Shown: one piece after another, positions 12,766 through 24,615 of the stretch
Position numbering within the stretch: the stretch's first letter is position 1
Layout of the letters: every line of letters starts with the position of its first letter
Assembly (NCBI RefSeq): GCF_044704955.1
Contig: NC_091990.1
Coordinates: 110,608,001-110,672,000 of the forward strand
DNA: 64,000 bases
Direction of reading: 5' to 3'
DNA from: Pristiophorus japonicus
Taxonomy: Eukaryota
The notes under the pieces: model-generated
What the model was told of the DNA's origin: nothing
The model's database searches: none
What the model saw: only the letters and a program-made list of their open reading frames with translations
Position numbers and translations under genes: made by a program

Positions 12766-13084
12766 AATAGTGATATCTGCCCTCTTTCTTATCTGCTTCA
12801 TTGACAACATTCTCTCTCGGGCTAAAATCCCCAGCATTCCATTGTATCCTTCTCAACATGATACTTTCTTGGGGAATGCAAATCAGACAACACAAGGGAG
12901 GGAAGCACACAGCCACTACTTTCCTGCACTGGCTCCATGCTAACACCATGACACCAGGATGGGGGGTGGGGGGCGGGGTGCAGGAAACACTTTGTTTAGT
13001 CTTGTATTGTTGAGTCCGTGCTAAAATTGTTATATTATACCAGTGCAACCAGACAGAAACTATTGCCTGAACAGTCTCATTAAA

Positions 13085-13341
13085 TAGAATGTACAGCACA
13101 AAAACAGGCCATTCGGTCCAACTGGTCCGTGCCGGTGTTTCTGCTCCACACCAGCCTCCTCCCACCTCTCTCCACCTCACCCCAGCAGCATAACCTCAAG
13201 AAACAATAATCAGGGACAAAATTAACAGTCACCTGGACAAATGTGGATTAATTAAAGAGAGCCAGCAGAGATTTGTTAAAGGCAAATTGTGTTTAAAAAA
13301 ACTCAATCAAGTTGGTTAATGAGATAACAGAAAGGATTGAT
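13085..13341. mobile_element. CR1 3' tail (minus, 13085-13195) joined to an internal RT fragment (plus, 13197-13341)
   Basis: Minus-strand 3' UTR (caggccattcggtcca). The plus piece reads ETIIRDKINSHLDKCGLIKESQQRFVKGKLCL. Confidence 0.65.
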
Positions 13342-13342
13342 C

Positions 13343-13968
13343 ATCGAATCATAGATAATTATGACACAAAAGGAGGCCATTCGGCCCATCGTGTCTTGAA
13401 AAAGAGCTCTCCAGCCTAATCTCACTTTCCAGCTTTTGGTCCGTAGTCCTGTAGGTTACGGCACGTCAAGTGCCCATCAAGTACATTTAAAATGTGATGA
13501 GGGTTTCTGCCTCTATCACCCTTTCAGGCAGTGAGTTCCAGACCCCCACGACCCTCTGGGTGAAAAACATTCTCCTCAACTCCCCTCGAATCCTTCTACT
13601 AACTACTTTAAGTCGATGCTCCCTATTTATTGACCTCTCTGCTAAGGGAAATAGGTCCTTCCTATCCACGCTACCTGTCAGGTATGTATGCTTAGGGTTA
13701 CTAGCCACCAGGTGGCATGACGGTCGGAGGTCATTGGGCTATACGCATGTGTGTGCAGCCCAGATATAAAAGGCAAGCCATCTTGTAATGTAATCACTTT
13801 GGGCCCTAATAAAGCAGAGCCAAGTTTGTACCTGTGTTAGTTTACAGTATTCAGTCTATCGAGTTATTACACACATAACACTACCTCAATTTTATGCACC
13901 TCAATCAAATCTCCTCTCAGCCTCCTCTGTTCCAAAGAAAACAACCCCAGTCTATCCAATCTTTCCTC
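13343..13968 (-). mobile_element. CR1 LINE 3' fragment interrupted by a solo LTR
   Basis: LFPLAERSINREHRLKV..FFTQRVVGVWNSLPERV; (attctatg)-type tail. Confidence 0.88.
13676..13880 (+). mobile_element. Solo LTR (205 bp; Gypsy/BEL-type not resolved)
   Basis: TG...CA termini (TGTCAGGT...ACATAACA), exact 5-bp TSD CTACC at 13671-13675 and 13881-13885, TATAAAAG at ~13765, AATAAA at 13808. Confidence 0.9.
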
Positions 13969-13973
13969 AAAGC

Positions 13974-14175
13974 ATATTTATCGCTCAACCAACGCATAAA
14001 ACAGATTATCTAGTCATCATCACCTTGCTGTGTGTGGGAGCTTGCTGTGCACAAATTGGCTGCTGCGTTTCTTACATTACAACAATGACTACACTCAAAA
14101 GTACTTCATTGGCTGTAAAGCGCTTTGGGATGTCCGGTGCTCATGAAAGGTGCTATATAAATGCAAGTCTTTCTT
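13974..14175 (+). mobile_element. Deu-domain SINE, 3' half
   Basis: acagattatct...gggagcttgctgtgcacaaattggctg...aaggtgctatataaatgcaagtcttt. Confidence 0.88.
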
Positions 14176-14207
14176 GATTGGAATATGTTATAGTATATTT
14201 TGTTATC

Positions 14208-15982
14208 GTCAGATTCAGGTGAATTTATAATGGGGAACAAATAAATGGCAGACCAGTTGAACAAATACTTTAGTTCTATCTTCACGAAGGAAGATACAAA
14301 TAATATTCCGGAAGTACTCGGGAACCGAGGGTCTAGTGAGAAGGATGAACTGAAGGATATCCTTAACAGGCGGGAAATTGTGTTAGGGAAATTGATGGGA
14401 TTGAAAGCCGATAAATCCCAGGGGCCTGACAGTCTGCATCCCAGAGTACTTAAGGAAGTGACCCTAGAAATAGTGGATGCATTGGTCATCATTTTCCAAC
14501 AGTCTATTGACTCTGGATACATTCCTATGGACTGGAGGGTAGCTAATGTAACACCACTTTTTTTAAAAAGGAGGGGAGAGAGAAAAAGGAGAATTATAGA
14601 CCGGTTAGCCTGACATCAGTAGTGGGGAAAATGTTGGAATCAATTATTAAAGATGAAATAACAGCGCATTTGGAAAGCAGTGACAGGATTGGTCCAAGTC
14701 AGCATGGGTTTATGAAAGGGAAATCATGCTTGACAAATCTTCTGGAATTTTTTGAGGATGTAACTAGTAGAGTGGACAAGGGAGAACCAGTGGATGTGGT
14801 GTATTTGGACTTTCAAAAGATTTTTGACAAGGTCCCACACAACAGATTAGTGTGCAAAATTAAAAGCACATGGTATTGGGGGTAATGTACTGATGTGGAT
14901 AGAGAACTGGTTGGCAGACAGGAAGCAGAGAATCGGGATAAACGGGTCCTTTTCAGAATGGCAGGCAGTGACTAGTGGAGTGCCGCAGGGCTCAGTGCTG
15001 GGACCCGAGCTATTTACAATATACATTAATGATTTGGATGAAGGAATTGAGTGTAATATCTCCATAGATGACACTAAACTGGCTGGCGGTGAGAGCTGTG
15101 AGGAGGATGCTAAGAGGCTGCAGGGTGACTTGACAGGTTAGGTGAGTGGGCAAATGCATGGCAGATGCAGTACAATGTGGATAAATGTGAGGTTATCCAC
15201 TTTAGGGGCAAAAACAGGAAGGCAGATTATCTAAATGGCGGCAGATTAGGAAAAGAGGAGGTGCAACGAGACCTGGGTGTCAAGGTACATCAGTCATTGA
15301 AAGTTAGCATTCAGGTACAGCAGGCGGTGAAGGCGGCAAATGGTATGTTGGCCTCCATAGCTAGGGGTTTTCAGTATAGGAGCAGGGAGGTCTTACTGTA
15401 GTTGTACAGAGCTTTAGTGAAGCCTCACCTGGAATAGTGTGTTCAGTTTTGGTCCCCTAATCTGAGGAAGGATGTTCTTGCTATTGAGGGAGTGCAGCGA
15501 ATCTTCACCAGACTGATTCCCAGGTTGGCTGGACTGACATATGAGGAGAGACTGGATCGACTGGGCCTTTATACACTGGAGTTTAGAAGGATGAGAGGGG
15601 ATCTCATAGAAACATATAAAATTCTGAAGGGACTGGACAGGTTCGATGCAGGAAGAATGTTCCCGATGTTGGGGAAGTCCAGAACCAGGGGACACAGTCT
15701 AAGGATAAGGGGTAAGCCATTTAGGACTGAGATGAGGAGAAACTTCTTCACTCAGAGAGTTGTTAACCTGTGGAATTCCCGACCGCAGAGAGTTGTTGAT
15801 GCCAGTTCATTGGATATATTCAAGGAGTTAGATATGGCCCTTACGGCTAAAGGGATCAAGGGATATGGAGAGAAAGCAGGAAAGGGGTACTGAGGGAATG
15901 ATCAGCCATGATCTTATTGAACGGTGGTGCAGGCTCGAAGGGCTGAATGGCCTACTCCTGCACCTATTTTCTATGTTTCTAT
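14208..15982 (+). mobile_element. CR1 LINE, 5'-truncated, frameshifted ORF2
   Basis: [41 protein letters not shown] spread over several frames; (tttctatg) tail. Closely similar to 54127-56207. Confidence 0.96.
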
Positions 15983-16338
15983 ACATTATAATTACCCAAT
16001 ATATTAAAAATATAATATTTATAAAATAAAATAAAAACTTTCTTCCTGTTGTGCTGTATCTGAATCTGTTTAGCAACTGTTTGCTCCAGTGTTGCTGTGT
16101 ATATATTGGGCAAAGTCATCAATCCTTCACAATGTGGCATGGCAGTTTTGAATGCTATCTGCAAAATGCCTTCCTTGCCCAAGAGCGTGTGTGACTTGTA
16201 ATCTCTCCGCCCCCGCCTCCCACTTCAGAATCAGCTGGCTCCCAGGTCGGAATTGCAATCCGGCCATTTTTTTTTTTAAAAACAGGCGTCGTTTTATTTC
16301 GGAATCTGGGACGTTGGAAACTGTGAGTTCAGCTCCTG

Positions 16339-16953
16339 GGGCTGGGTGTTCGACTTTGATGTTTTTGGGGCAGTAATGGTGGTGGGGCGGGAAGTTAAGT
16401 AACATTAGGCAGCTGGGCCCTGAGTCAGGGGGCGCAGTGCTAAAGGAGGTGTTGTACACCTCTCTTAGGGCGTTAGCATGGGAAACTCCCGAGCTAAAGA
16501 GCCGGGCCGGGAGCGCTCCGAGAGACACCTGTGGGGGGGGGGGGGGGGGGGGGGAGGGGAAATCTAAAAAGCCACAAAAACATTCCCAACACATTGTTCA
16601 CGCCACAACACAAATCGCAAAAAAAAATCACAAGAAAAAACAATCACACTTGCCTTAGGAGTCCATTACTTTCCTCTCCGCTGTTGGTATCGTTGGACCG
16701 CCTGATTTCCCAGGCATTCACTGCAGAGCGCTGGGGGGCGGACAATAGTCCAACTGATACCGATGTCTCAACCAGAGGCATGGCACACCAGTCGCAGCTC
16801 TGCCAGGCGGTGCTGCTCCGCGCTGCCGCTAAACCGGACCCGAGGATCGCTGTGGGGTGCTGGAGACTGACCGCCCGAACAAAACATCTCACCGCCGCCA
16901 TTGCCACTGCTCCTGACAACAAACTGAGCGCAAAGGAGCCAAAAATCCACCCC
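16339..16953. mobile_element. Candidate non-autonomous DNA transposon (PIF/Harbinger-like)
   Basis: Imperfect TIRs GGGCTGGGTGTT / GGGGTGGATTTT (9/12), 3-bp flanking repeat CTG at 16336-16338 and 16954-16956, no ORF. Confidence 0.45.
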
Positions 16954-17122
16954 CTGGTATATTATGAACTGCTGAAACCTCCCCACCCCACCCAGCAGAG
17001 ATTGTCGAGCCGCATAAACGCAGGCCTACCCAACCTGTGGTGGGGACAAAGGCAGCAGTGTTTATACTACGAGTTACCATAGGAACATTGGATTGCCAGA
17101 ATCATTGGCACTAAAACCAAAT

Positions 17123-17670
17123 ACTTGCATTTATATAGCGACTTTCATGACTTCAGGACGTCCCAAAGCGCTTTACATCCAATGAAGTACTTTTGGAGTG
17201 TCGACACTGTCGTAATGTAGGAAACGCGCAGCCAACTTGCAGACAACAAGCTCCCACAAACTGCAATGTGATAAATGACCAGATAATCTGTTCTAGTGAT
17301 GTTGATTGAGAGATAAATATTGGTCAGGAGAACTCTGCTGCCCTTCTTCAAAATAGTGCCATAGGATCCTTATGTCCACCTGAGGGGGCAGACAAGGCCT
17401 CGGTTTAACATCTCATCTGAAAGATGGCACCTCTGACAGTACAGCGCTCCCTCAGTACAGTCCCTCCTGACAGTGCAGTGCTCCATCAGTACTGCCCCTC
17501 CAACAGTGCAGCGCTCCCCTCAGTACTGTCCCAACAGTGCAGCACTCCCTCAGTACCGCACTGGGAGTGTCAGCCTAGATTTGTGCGCTTAAGTCTCTGG
17601 AGTGGGATTTGAACCCACAACCTTCTGACTGAAGAGATGAGAGTGCTGCCCACTGAGCCACAGCTGACAC
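17123..17670 (-). mobile_element. Deu-domain SINE, full length, with internal 4x ~33-bp tandem expansion (17430-17560)
   Basis: All SINE modules present; repeated cctccaacagtgcagcgctccctcagtactg units. Confidence 0.92.
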
Positions 17671-17782
17671 ATCGTGTGAAAGCAACTTATAATTGCTGGG
17701 CTGTTCAAGAAAATGAATACAAGAATGGGTTTCCAATTCAATTCTTCTCTGGCATCCATTTTGTAGTTGCGTCTTTTCCGAG

Positions 17783-17919
17783 AGACAGCACCTCCCTCGG
17801 CACTGCACTGGGGAGCATCAGCCGGAATGTCATGCTCAAATTGGTGGAGTGGGGCTTGATTCCATGACCTTCTGACTCAAGAGGTGCAAGTGCTACCCCA
17901 CCTGAGTCACGGCTGACAC
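17783..17919 (-). mobile_element. Deu-domain SINE 5' (tRNA head) fragment
   Basis: Reverse complement begins gtgtcagccgtgactcagg, followed by a decayed B box. Confidence 0.75.
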
Positions 17920-18731
17920 ATTAAATTTATAAGCCGTTTTGAGAGCTGGCACGGGCACGATGGGTCGAACGGCCTCCTCCTGTGCTGTCAAGTTCCATGA
18001 TTCTCTCATTCGCCTGTACAGATCGGGGACGGAGAGGAGTGCAGACTCATGCGATGATGAAATGGGCCTGTTATGTGCGGTCGAGCGACGTTGACATGAT
18101 GTCTTCGATCCTTGAGTTCCCAACGGTTGTGTCTTTTCGCTGACCCGTTTTGTTTCCAAGCCGAGGAAGAGTGTTTGCCAGTTTAATGAAATGTTAAAGA
18201 ATAAACTCGGGCACTGGGTGTCTTTTGGGGAAAGTGGTGCATGGATTCGCTCACGTGCAGTGCACGAGTGGGTGATCAGAGAGCAATAATCTTCGACAGA
18301 GCGAGAACAAGCACTGAAAATAGTCACGACCCATCCCTCCCGGGGTCGTTACTGAACCACCGCAGGTGGACGGAACTGCTCATTATCTTTTTCAGCTGCA
18401 AATACATGCGATTGAAATGCAGCATGGAAAAGCTAATCATTGCCATTATCAACTGACCACTCAGCGTTTGCAGATGGAAAGTATTTTGGGAGCTGTTTAA
18501 TATCAGGCACATCAAAATAACAAGTGATTTTACTTGAGTCTCTCTCTCTCTCTCCCCTTCTTTCTCTATTTGGAGTGAGAGAGATAAAGGCTTGTGACGG
18601 TGTTTTTAACATTAGAAGCCAGGCCATTCAGGGGTGCTGTCAACAAGCACTTCACACAAAGGGCAGTGGAAATCTGGAACACTCTCCCACAAAACGGTGT
18701 TGAGGCTGGGGGTCAATTGAAAAAAACAGAC

Positions 18732-19174
18732 AGACTTGCATTTCTATAGCACCTTTCACAATCTCAGGACGTGCCAAAGTGCTTTACAGCCAATGAAGTA
18801 CTTTTTTGGAGTGTAGTCACTGTTGCAATGTGGGAAACGCAGCAGCTAATTTGCACACAGCAAGCTCCCACAGACAGCCATGTGATAATGACCAGATAAT
18901 CTGTTTTATTGATGCGATTGAGGGATAAATATTGGCCCCAGGTCCTCAGGGAGTATTTCCCTGCTCTTCTTTGAAATAGTGCCATGGGATCTTTTACATC
19001 TAAGAGAGGGGGTAGATGAGGCCTCAGTTTAACGTCTCATTCGAAAGACGGTACCTCCAACAGTGCAGCACTCCCTCAGTACTGCACTGAAGTGACAGCC
19101 TCGGTTTTTGTGCTCAAGTCCCTGGAGTGGGACTTGAACCCTCAACCTTCTGGTTCAGCGGTGAGGATGCTACT
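18732..19174 (-). mobile_element. Deu-domain SINE, near full length
   Basis: Tail, Deu core and B box (ggttcaagtcccactccag) on the minus strand. Confidence 0.92.
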
Positions 19175-19249
19175 GCGAAATTTGACAATTTAGAACTAAG
19201 ATTTGTGTGAGGCAAGGGTATCGCAGAACCAAGGCGGTTAAATGGAGTT

Positions 19250-19817
19250 ACCCCCTCATCCGTGCCTTTGTTACCTCTAGACTTGACTACTCCAATGCAT
19301 TCCTGGCTGGCCTCCCACATTCTACCCGATGTAAACTAGAGGTAATCTAAAATTTGGTTGTCCGTGTCCGAACTCGTACCAAGTCCCACTCACCCATCAA
19401 CCCCTGTGCTCGCTGATCTACATTGGCTTCTGGTTAAGCAACGCCTCGATTTCAAAATTCTCATCCTTATTTTCATATACCTCCATGGCCTCGCCCCTCT
19501 CTATCTCTGCATTCTCCTCCAGTCCCACAACAACCCCCATCCCCAAGATGTTTGTGCTCCTTCCTGATTTTAATTGCTCAACCATCAGTAGCTGTGCCTT
19601 CTGTTGCCTGGGCTCCAAGGTCTGGAACTCCCTGCCTAAGTCTCTCCGCCTCTCTTTCCTCCTTCAAGACGCTCCTTAAAACCTACCTCTTTGACCTGCC
19701 CTAATTTCTACTTATGCAGCTCGGTGTCAATTTTTAAAAATCTCAATACTCCTGTGAAGCGCCTTGGGACGTTTCACTATGTTAAAGGTGCTATATAAAT
19801 ACAAGTTGTTGCTGTTA
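19250..19817 (+). mobile_element. L2 LINE 3' fragment
   Basis: AFVTSRLDYSNA, PVLADLHWLLVKQRLDFKILIL, WNSLP; tail aaaggtgctatataaatacaagttgttg. Confidence 0.92.
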
Positions 19818-20748
19818 AGATACGAGTCAGCCGTGGTCTAATTGAATGACGGAACAGACTCGAGGGGTTGAATGGCCTCCCTGTTCCTAGGTTCCATGTC
19901 TGAGGCCAATTGTGTCACCAAGAACCAGAATTACAGAATTTGATCCCAAAGATCCCGGAATCTTATGCAATAAAAGTAGAATTTGTCTCGGTCACAAGCC
20001 AGTGATTCCAGTTATAACCAAATTAAGTAATGGAATTATCATTCCCAAATCACCACGACTAAATCCTGGAATGTAATGGAAATAGAATTTGATTTTAATC
20101 AGTCATCATTAATGAGTGGCCAGGCCTATGACTTAACTAATTTTTAATGAAATGGTTGTGATTTATCCAAAAAAGGTCATTCATATTTGCAGCATGAATA
20201 TTGATTGCGGTATGTCGATGAGTTTCTGTAATATTCTTGCTTTGTGACTTGCTGCTGAGCTGAATTCTCTCTATCTGCCCCTCTGCTCACCTCATGTCTC
20301 TCTGCCCGGGTCACTTGGTTCTCCCCAGCTTCTAATTCCCTTTGCTGATTCCGCCTCATCTCATCGGTGTACGATGGAATCCCGCCTCACCGGTTCACTT
20401 GTCTTCCATTTCTCTTCATTCTCCATTGTTTCTGTCTTGACCTAGATATTTTCTCTCTGCCTGCCTCTCTCTCGGCCTGATCACAACAACTCACTGTGTA
20501 AAATAATGTTTCCTTATCTCACCCTCTGGTTCTTTTACTAATTACCTTAAATCTGTGTCCTCTGGTTACCGACCCTTCTGCCTTTGGAAACGGTTTCTCC
20601 TTATTTACTCTCTCAAAACCACTCCTAATTTTGAAAACCTGCATCAAATCAAATGAGGGACACGATAATTAAACAATTAAGATCTTACATTTTCTTGGGT
20701 ACAGTCTACCCCTGATAACTTAATTATTGACACCAATTGGATTATTCA

Positions 20749-21180
20749 GGTATCAGCGTGGCTCAATGGTAGCACTCTCGTCTCTGAGTCAGAAGGTTGT
20801 GGCTTCAAGTCCCCACTCCAGAGACTCTGACACAAAATCTAGGCCGACACTCCAGTGCAGTACTGAGGGAGTGTCGCCATTCGGATGGAACCGAGGCCCC
20901 GTCTGCCCTCTGATGTAATATATTTCATGGTGCTATTTCAAAGAAGAGCAGGGGAGTTATCCCCAGTGCCCTGGGGCCAATATTTACCCCTCAATCAACC
21001 AAAAAAATCATAATCTGGTCATTATCACAGTGCTGTTTGTGAGAGCTTGCTGTGCGCAAATTGGCAGCCGGTTTCCTACATTACAACAGTGACTACACTC
21101 CAAAAAGCCCAAATTGGCTGTAAAGAACTTTGAAACATCCTGAAGTCATGAAAAGCACTGTATGAATGCAAGTCTTGCTT
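20749..21180 (+). mobile_element. Deu-domain SINE with internal deletions
   Basis: A box tggctcaatgg, B box, partial Deu core, tail. Confidence 0.9.
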
Positions 21181-21249
21181 ATTTTTTTCTTCCAAGTCCT
21201 CACATTTGTTCAATAAAAACACGGAGATGTACAATACACTAGCTATGCA

Positions 21250-21570
21250 GAACTAGATGCTGAGAGGATGTTTCCCCTTGTGGGGGAATCGAGAACTAGA
21301 GGGCACAGTTTCAGAATAAGGGGTCGCCCATTTAAACGGAGATGAGGAGGAATTTCTTCTCTCTGAGGGTCGTGAATCTTTCGATTTCTCTCTCCCAGAG
21401 AGCTATGGAGGCTGGGTCATTGAATATATTTAAGGTGGAGATAGAGAGATTTTTGAACGATAAGGGAATGAAGGGTTATGGGGAGCGGGCAGATCAGCCA
21501 TGATCTTATTGAATGGCAGAACAAACTCAAGGGACTAAATGGCTGACTCCTGCTCCTTATGTTCTTATGA
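21250..21570 (+). mobile_element. CR1 LINE 3' fragment
   Basis: LDAERMFPLVGESRTRGHSFRIRG; (ttcttatg) tail. Confidence 0.88.
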
Positions 21571-21835
21571 ATCAAATGGTGACCCCTTAAATCAGCAGTA
21601 CAGTGGACAAGCCTTCTGACAGCGAAAGGAATCTGGAGTGATGTTGCTGTATGTAGCACCTCCTCATGTGGGCTGGAGCACACTGCCAGATCCCTAGCCA
21701 TCCCTCCATGGAAAGCAGTATGCACTTTGAAGTAGTTTTAGCCTGAGGGGGGAAACACAGCACAACAGAGCACTGCAGTAAGTGAGCAGTGCTTCATCAA
21801 AACCGCACTCCCTCCCAAAACATAATCCTACCATT

Positions 21836-21870
21836 GGGGGAGGGGGAGGGGGAGGGGGAGGGGGAGGGGG
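21836..21870 (+). repeat. (GGGGGA)n simple repeat, G-quadruplex-compatible
   Basis: Six G5 runs separated by single A. Confidence 0.85.
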
Positions 21871-22220
21871 AAGTGGAAACACAGGAAGGAAATCTCAACA
21901 ATGCTGCATATCCAGGAACATCCTCTCTCGATATTTCTGCACAAACATCAAGAAATGATCTCAGTGAACTTTCAATGTAACCGGTTGCAAGTCAGTTCAA
22001 AAAGCCTTGAAGTGGGAGCGTTTGGGACTCGTGCCCATGACTACATCTGGAAGACTAAATTGTAAACCCCATTGCTGAAATCACACCTCCACGTAGGGTT
22101 TTGGCAACCTTGGGAGGTAAGCTGATCTTTGTTCTTCTGGTGTGACAGAAGGCGGCCATTCGGTCTATCGTGCCTGTGCCGGCTCTTGCTATCCAATTAT
22201 ATGCGAAATGGTAGCAAACC

Positions 22221-22425
22221 ATTTATTCCTCAATCAACATAACAAAAAAAAGACGATCTGGTCATTATCACATTGCTATTTGTGGGAGCTTGCTCTGTGC
22301 AAATTGGTTGCCGCGTTGCTCACATTGTGACAGTGACTACACTCCAAAAGTACTTCATTGGCTGTAAAGCACTTTGAGACGTCCGGTGGTTGTGAAAGGC
22401 GCTATATAAATCCAAGTCTTTTTTC
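22221..22425 (+). mobile_element. Deu-domain SINE, 3' half
   Basis: Matches the 3' half of the full copies. Confidence 0.88.
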
Positions 22426-22431
22426 TTTTCA

Positions 22432-22960
22432 TCGTGGTTATGTTATTGGGCTAGTAATCCAGAGGCCTGGATTAATGATCCAGAGACATGAGTCCAAATC
22501 TCACCATGGCAGCTGGGGAATTTAAAATCAGTTAATGATTTTATCAATAAGGGAATTAAGGGTTACGGGGAGCGGGCGGATAAGTGGAGCTGAGTCCATG
22601 GCCAGATCAGCCATGATCTTGTTGAATGGCGGAGCAGGCTTGAGGGGCTAGATGGCTTACTCCTGTTCCTAATTCTTATGTTCTTATGTTCTTATATAAA
22701 TCTGGAATAAAAAGCTAGTATCAGTAATGGTGATTATGTAACTACTGGATTGTCATAAAAACCCATCTGGCTCACTAGGGAAGGAAGGAAATCTGCCGTC
22801 CTTACCTAGTCTGGCCAATATGAGACTCCAGACCCACAGTTGACTCTTAACTGCCCTCTGAAATGGCGGTTCACCACCACCTTCTCAAGGGCAATTAGTG
22901 ATGGGCAGTAAATGCCAGCCTTGCCAGCAACGTCCCACTTCCCGTGAATGAATAACAAAA
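22432..22960 (+). mobile_element. Second tRNA-derived SINE family, interrupted by a CR1 3' tail (~22535-22696)
   Basis: Head gtggttatgttattgggctagtaatccagagg...gagtccaaatc, body ggaaggaaatctgccgtcc, tail caccttctcaagggcaattag..gatgggca. Homologous copies at 32046, 43111 and 53381. Confidence 0.85.
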
Positions 22961-22964
22961 ACTC

Positions 22965-23335
22965 ATCCCACTCTGCCTTGCTCGTTCCCCATACCGCTGC
23001 AAATTTTTCCTTTTTATGTATTTATCCAATTTCCTTTTGAAAGTTACTGTTGAATCTGCTACCCCCGCCCTTTCAGGCAGCTCGTTCCAGATCACAACAA
23101 CTCGCTGCGCCAATTATTCCCACTCCCCTGCCATCTTTCCGTGGCTCCTTTCCCAATGATCTTAAATCTGTGTCCTCTGGTTACCGACACTCCCACCAGT
23201 GGAAACAGTTTTTCCTCATTTATTGTGTCAACAAACTTCATAATTTTGAACACTTCTATTAAATCTCCTCTTAACCTTCTCTGCAATCCCAGCTTCTCTT
23301 GCCTCTCCACATAACTGAAGGCCCTCATCCATGGC
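22965..23335 (-). mobile_element. CR1 LINE 3' fragments
   Basis: RRLRGDLIEVFKIM..KLFPLVGVSVTRGHRFK; QRVVVIWNELPER. Confidence 0.85.
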
Positions 23336-23401
23336 ATCCTCTCCCATATGTGGCATAAAGGGAAAATCTTTGCAGGAACGGAGGGAGGACTCTTTCTGAT
23401 G

Positions 23402-23861
23402 GTGTCAGCTGTGGCTCAGTGGGCAGCACTCTCGCCTCAGAGTCAAAAAGTTGTGGGGTTCAAGTCCCAATCCAGAGATTTCAGCACAAAAATCTAGGCT
23501 GACACTCCAGTGCATTGCTGAGGGAGTGCTACACTGTCAAAGATGCTGTCTTTCAAATGTGGTGTTAAACCGAGGCCCTGTCCGCTCTCTCAGGTGGACG
23601 TAAAAGATTCCACAGCCAGCATTCGAAGAGCAGGGGAGTTATCCCCAGTGACCTGGACAATATTTATCCCTCAACCAACATAACAAAAAAAAACAGATTA
23701 TCTGGTCAGGATCACATTGCTGATTGTGGGAGCTTGCTGTGCGCAATTTGGGTGCTGCGTTTCCCTACATTACAACAGCGACTACACTTCAAATGTTGAC
23801 TGTAAAGCACTTTGGGAAGTCCCGAGGTCATGAAATGCGCAATACAAAGGCAAGTCTTTTT
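23402..23861 (+). mobile_element. Deu-domain SINE, full length
   Basis: GTGTCAGCTGTGGCTCAGTGG A box, GGTTCAAGTCC B box, Deu core, L2-like tail. Confidence 0.94.
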
Positions 23862-24077
23862 GCCTTCATCACGGAATAAGCTTACGAGTGTCAAATGACA
23901 CAAAAAAACAACCACAGCTGTAGCTTCCTTGGTGTAACAATGATCTTGTTTTACCGTGACTGCTTGACCCCAAAGTGCAACATTCATAAAATACAATGCA
24001 GGTCCTTCTTTCCCCTTCCCCCACTTCAATTCATCAAGATTTCAGTGAGCTCTGTCATCAACAACAACTTGCATTTG

Positions 24078-24539
24078 TGTGTCAGCTGTGGCTCAGTGGG
24101 TAGCACTGTCACCTCTGAGCCAGAAAGATTGGGGGTTCAAGTCCCACTCCAGGAACTTGAGCACAAAATCCAGGCCGACACCCCCAGTGCAGTGCTGAGG
24201 GAGCGCTGCAGTGTCGGAGGTGCCGTCTTTCGGATGAGACGTTAAACTGAGGCCCCGTCTGCTCTCTCAGGTGGATGTAAAAGATCCCATGGCACTATTT
24301 CGAAGAAAAGCAGGGGAGTTATCCTATGTCCTGACCAATATTTATCCCTCAATCAATATCGCTAAAACAGATTATCTGGTCATTATCACATTGCTGTTTG
24401 TGGGAGCTTGTTGAGCACAAATTGGCTGCTGTGTTTCATACATTACAACAGTGACTACACTTCAAAAGTACCTCATTGGCTGTAAAGCACTTTGGGGCAT
24501 CCAGTGGTCGTGAAAGGCGCTATATAAATGCAAGTCTTT
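24078..24539 (+). mobile_element. Deu-domain SINE, full length, nested in L2 tail
   Basis: All modules present; interrupts caacttgcattt|atatagtgcc. Confidence 0.95.
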
Positions 24540-24615
24540 ATTTATTTATATAGTGCCTTTAACGTAGTAAAATGTCCCAATGTGCTTCACAGGAGTGATT
24601 ATCAAACAAAATTTG

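Noticed and set aside
17893-18327. 144-aa minus-strand ORF
   Set aside because: No recognisable motif, runs into CR1/SINE remnants, no clear splice boundaries.
23402-23505. tRNA gene (A and B boxes)
   Set aside because: It is the head of a multi-copy SINE, continues into the Deu core, and has no proper cloverleaf. The same applies to the other SINE heads.
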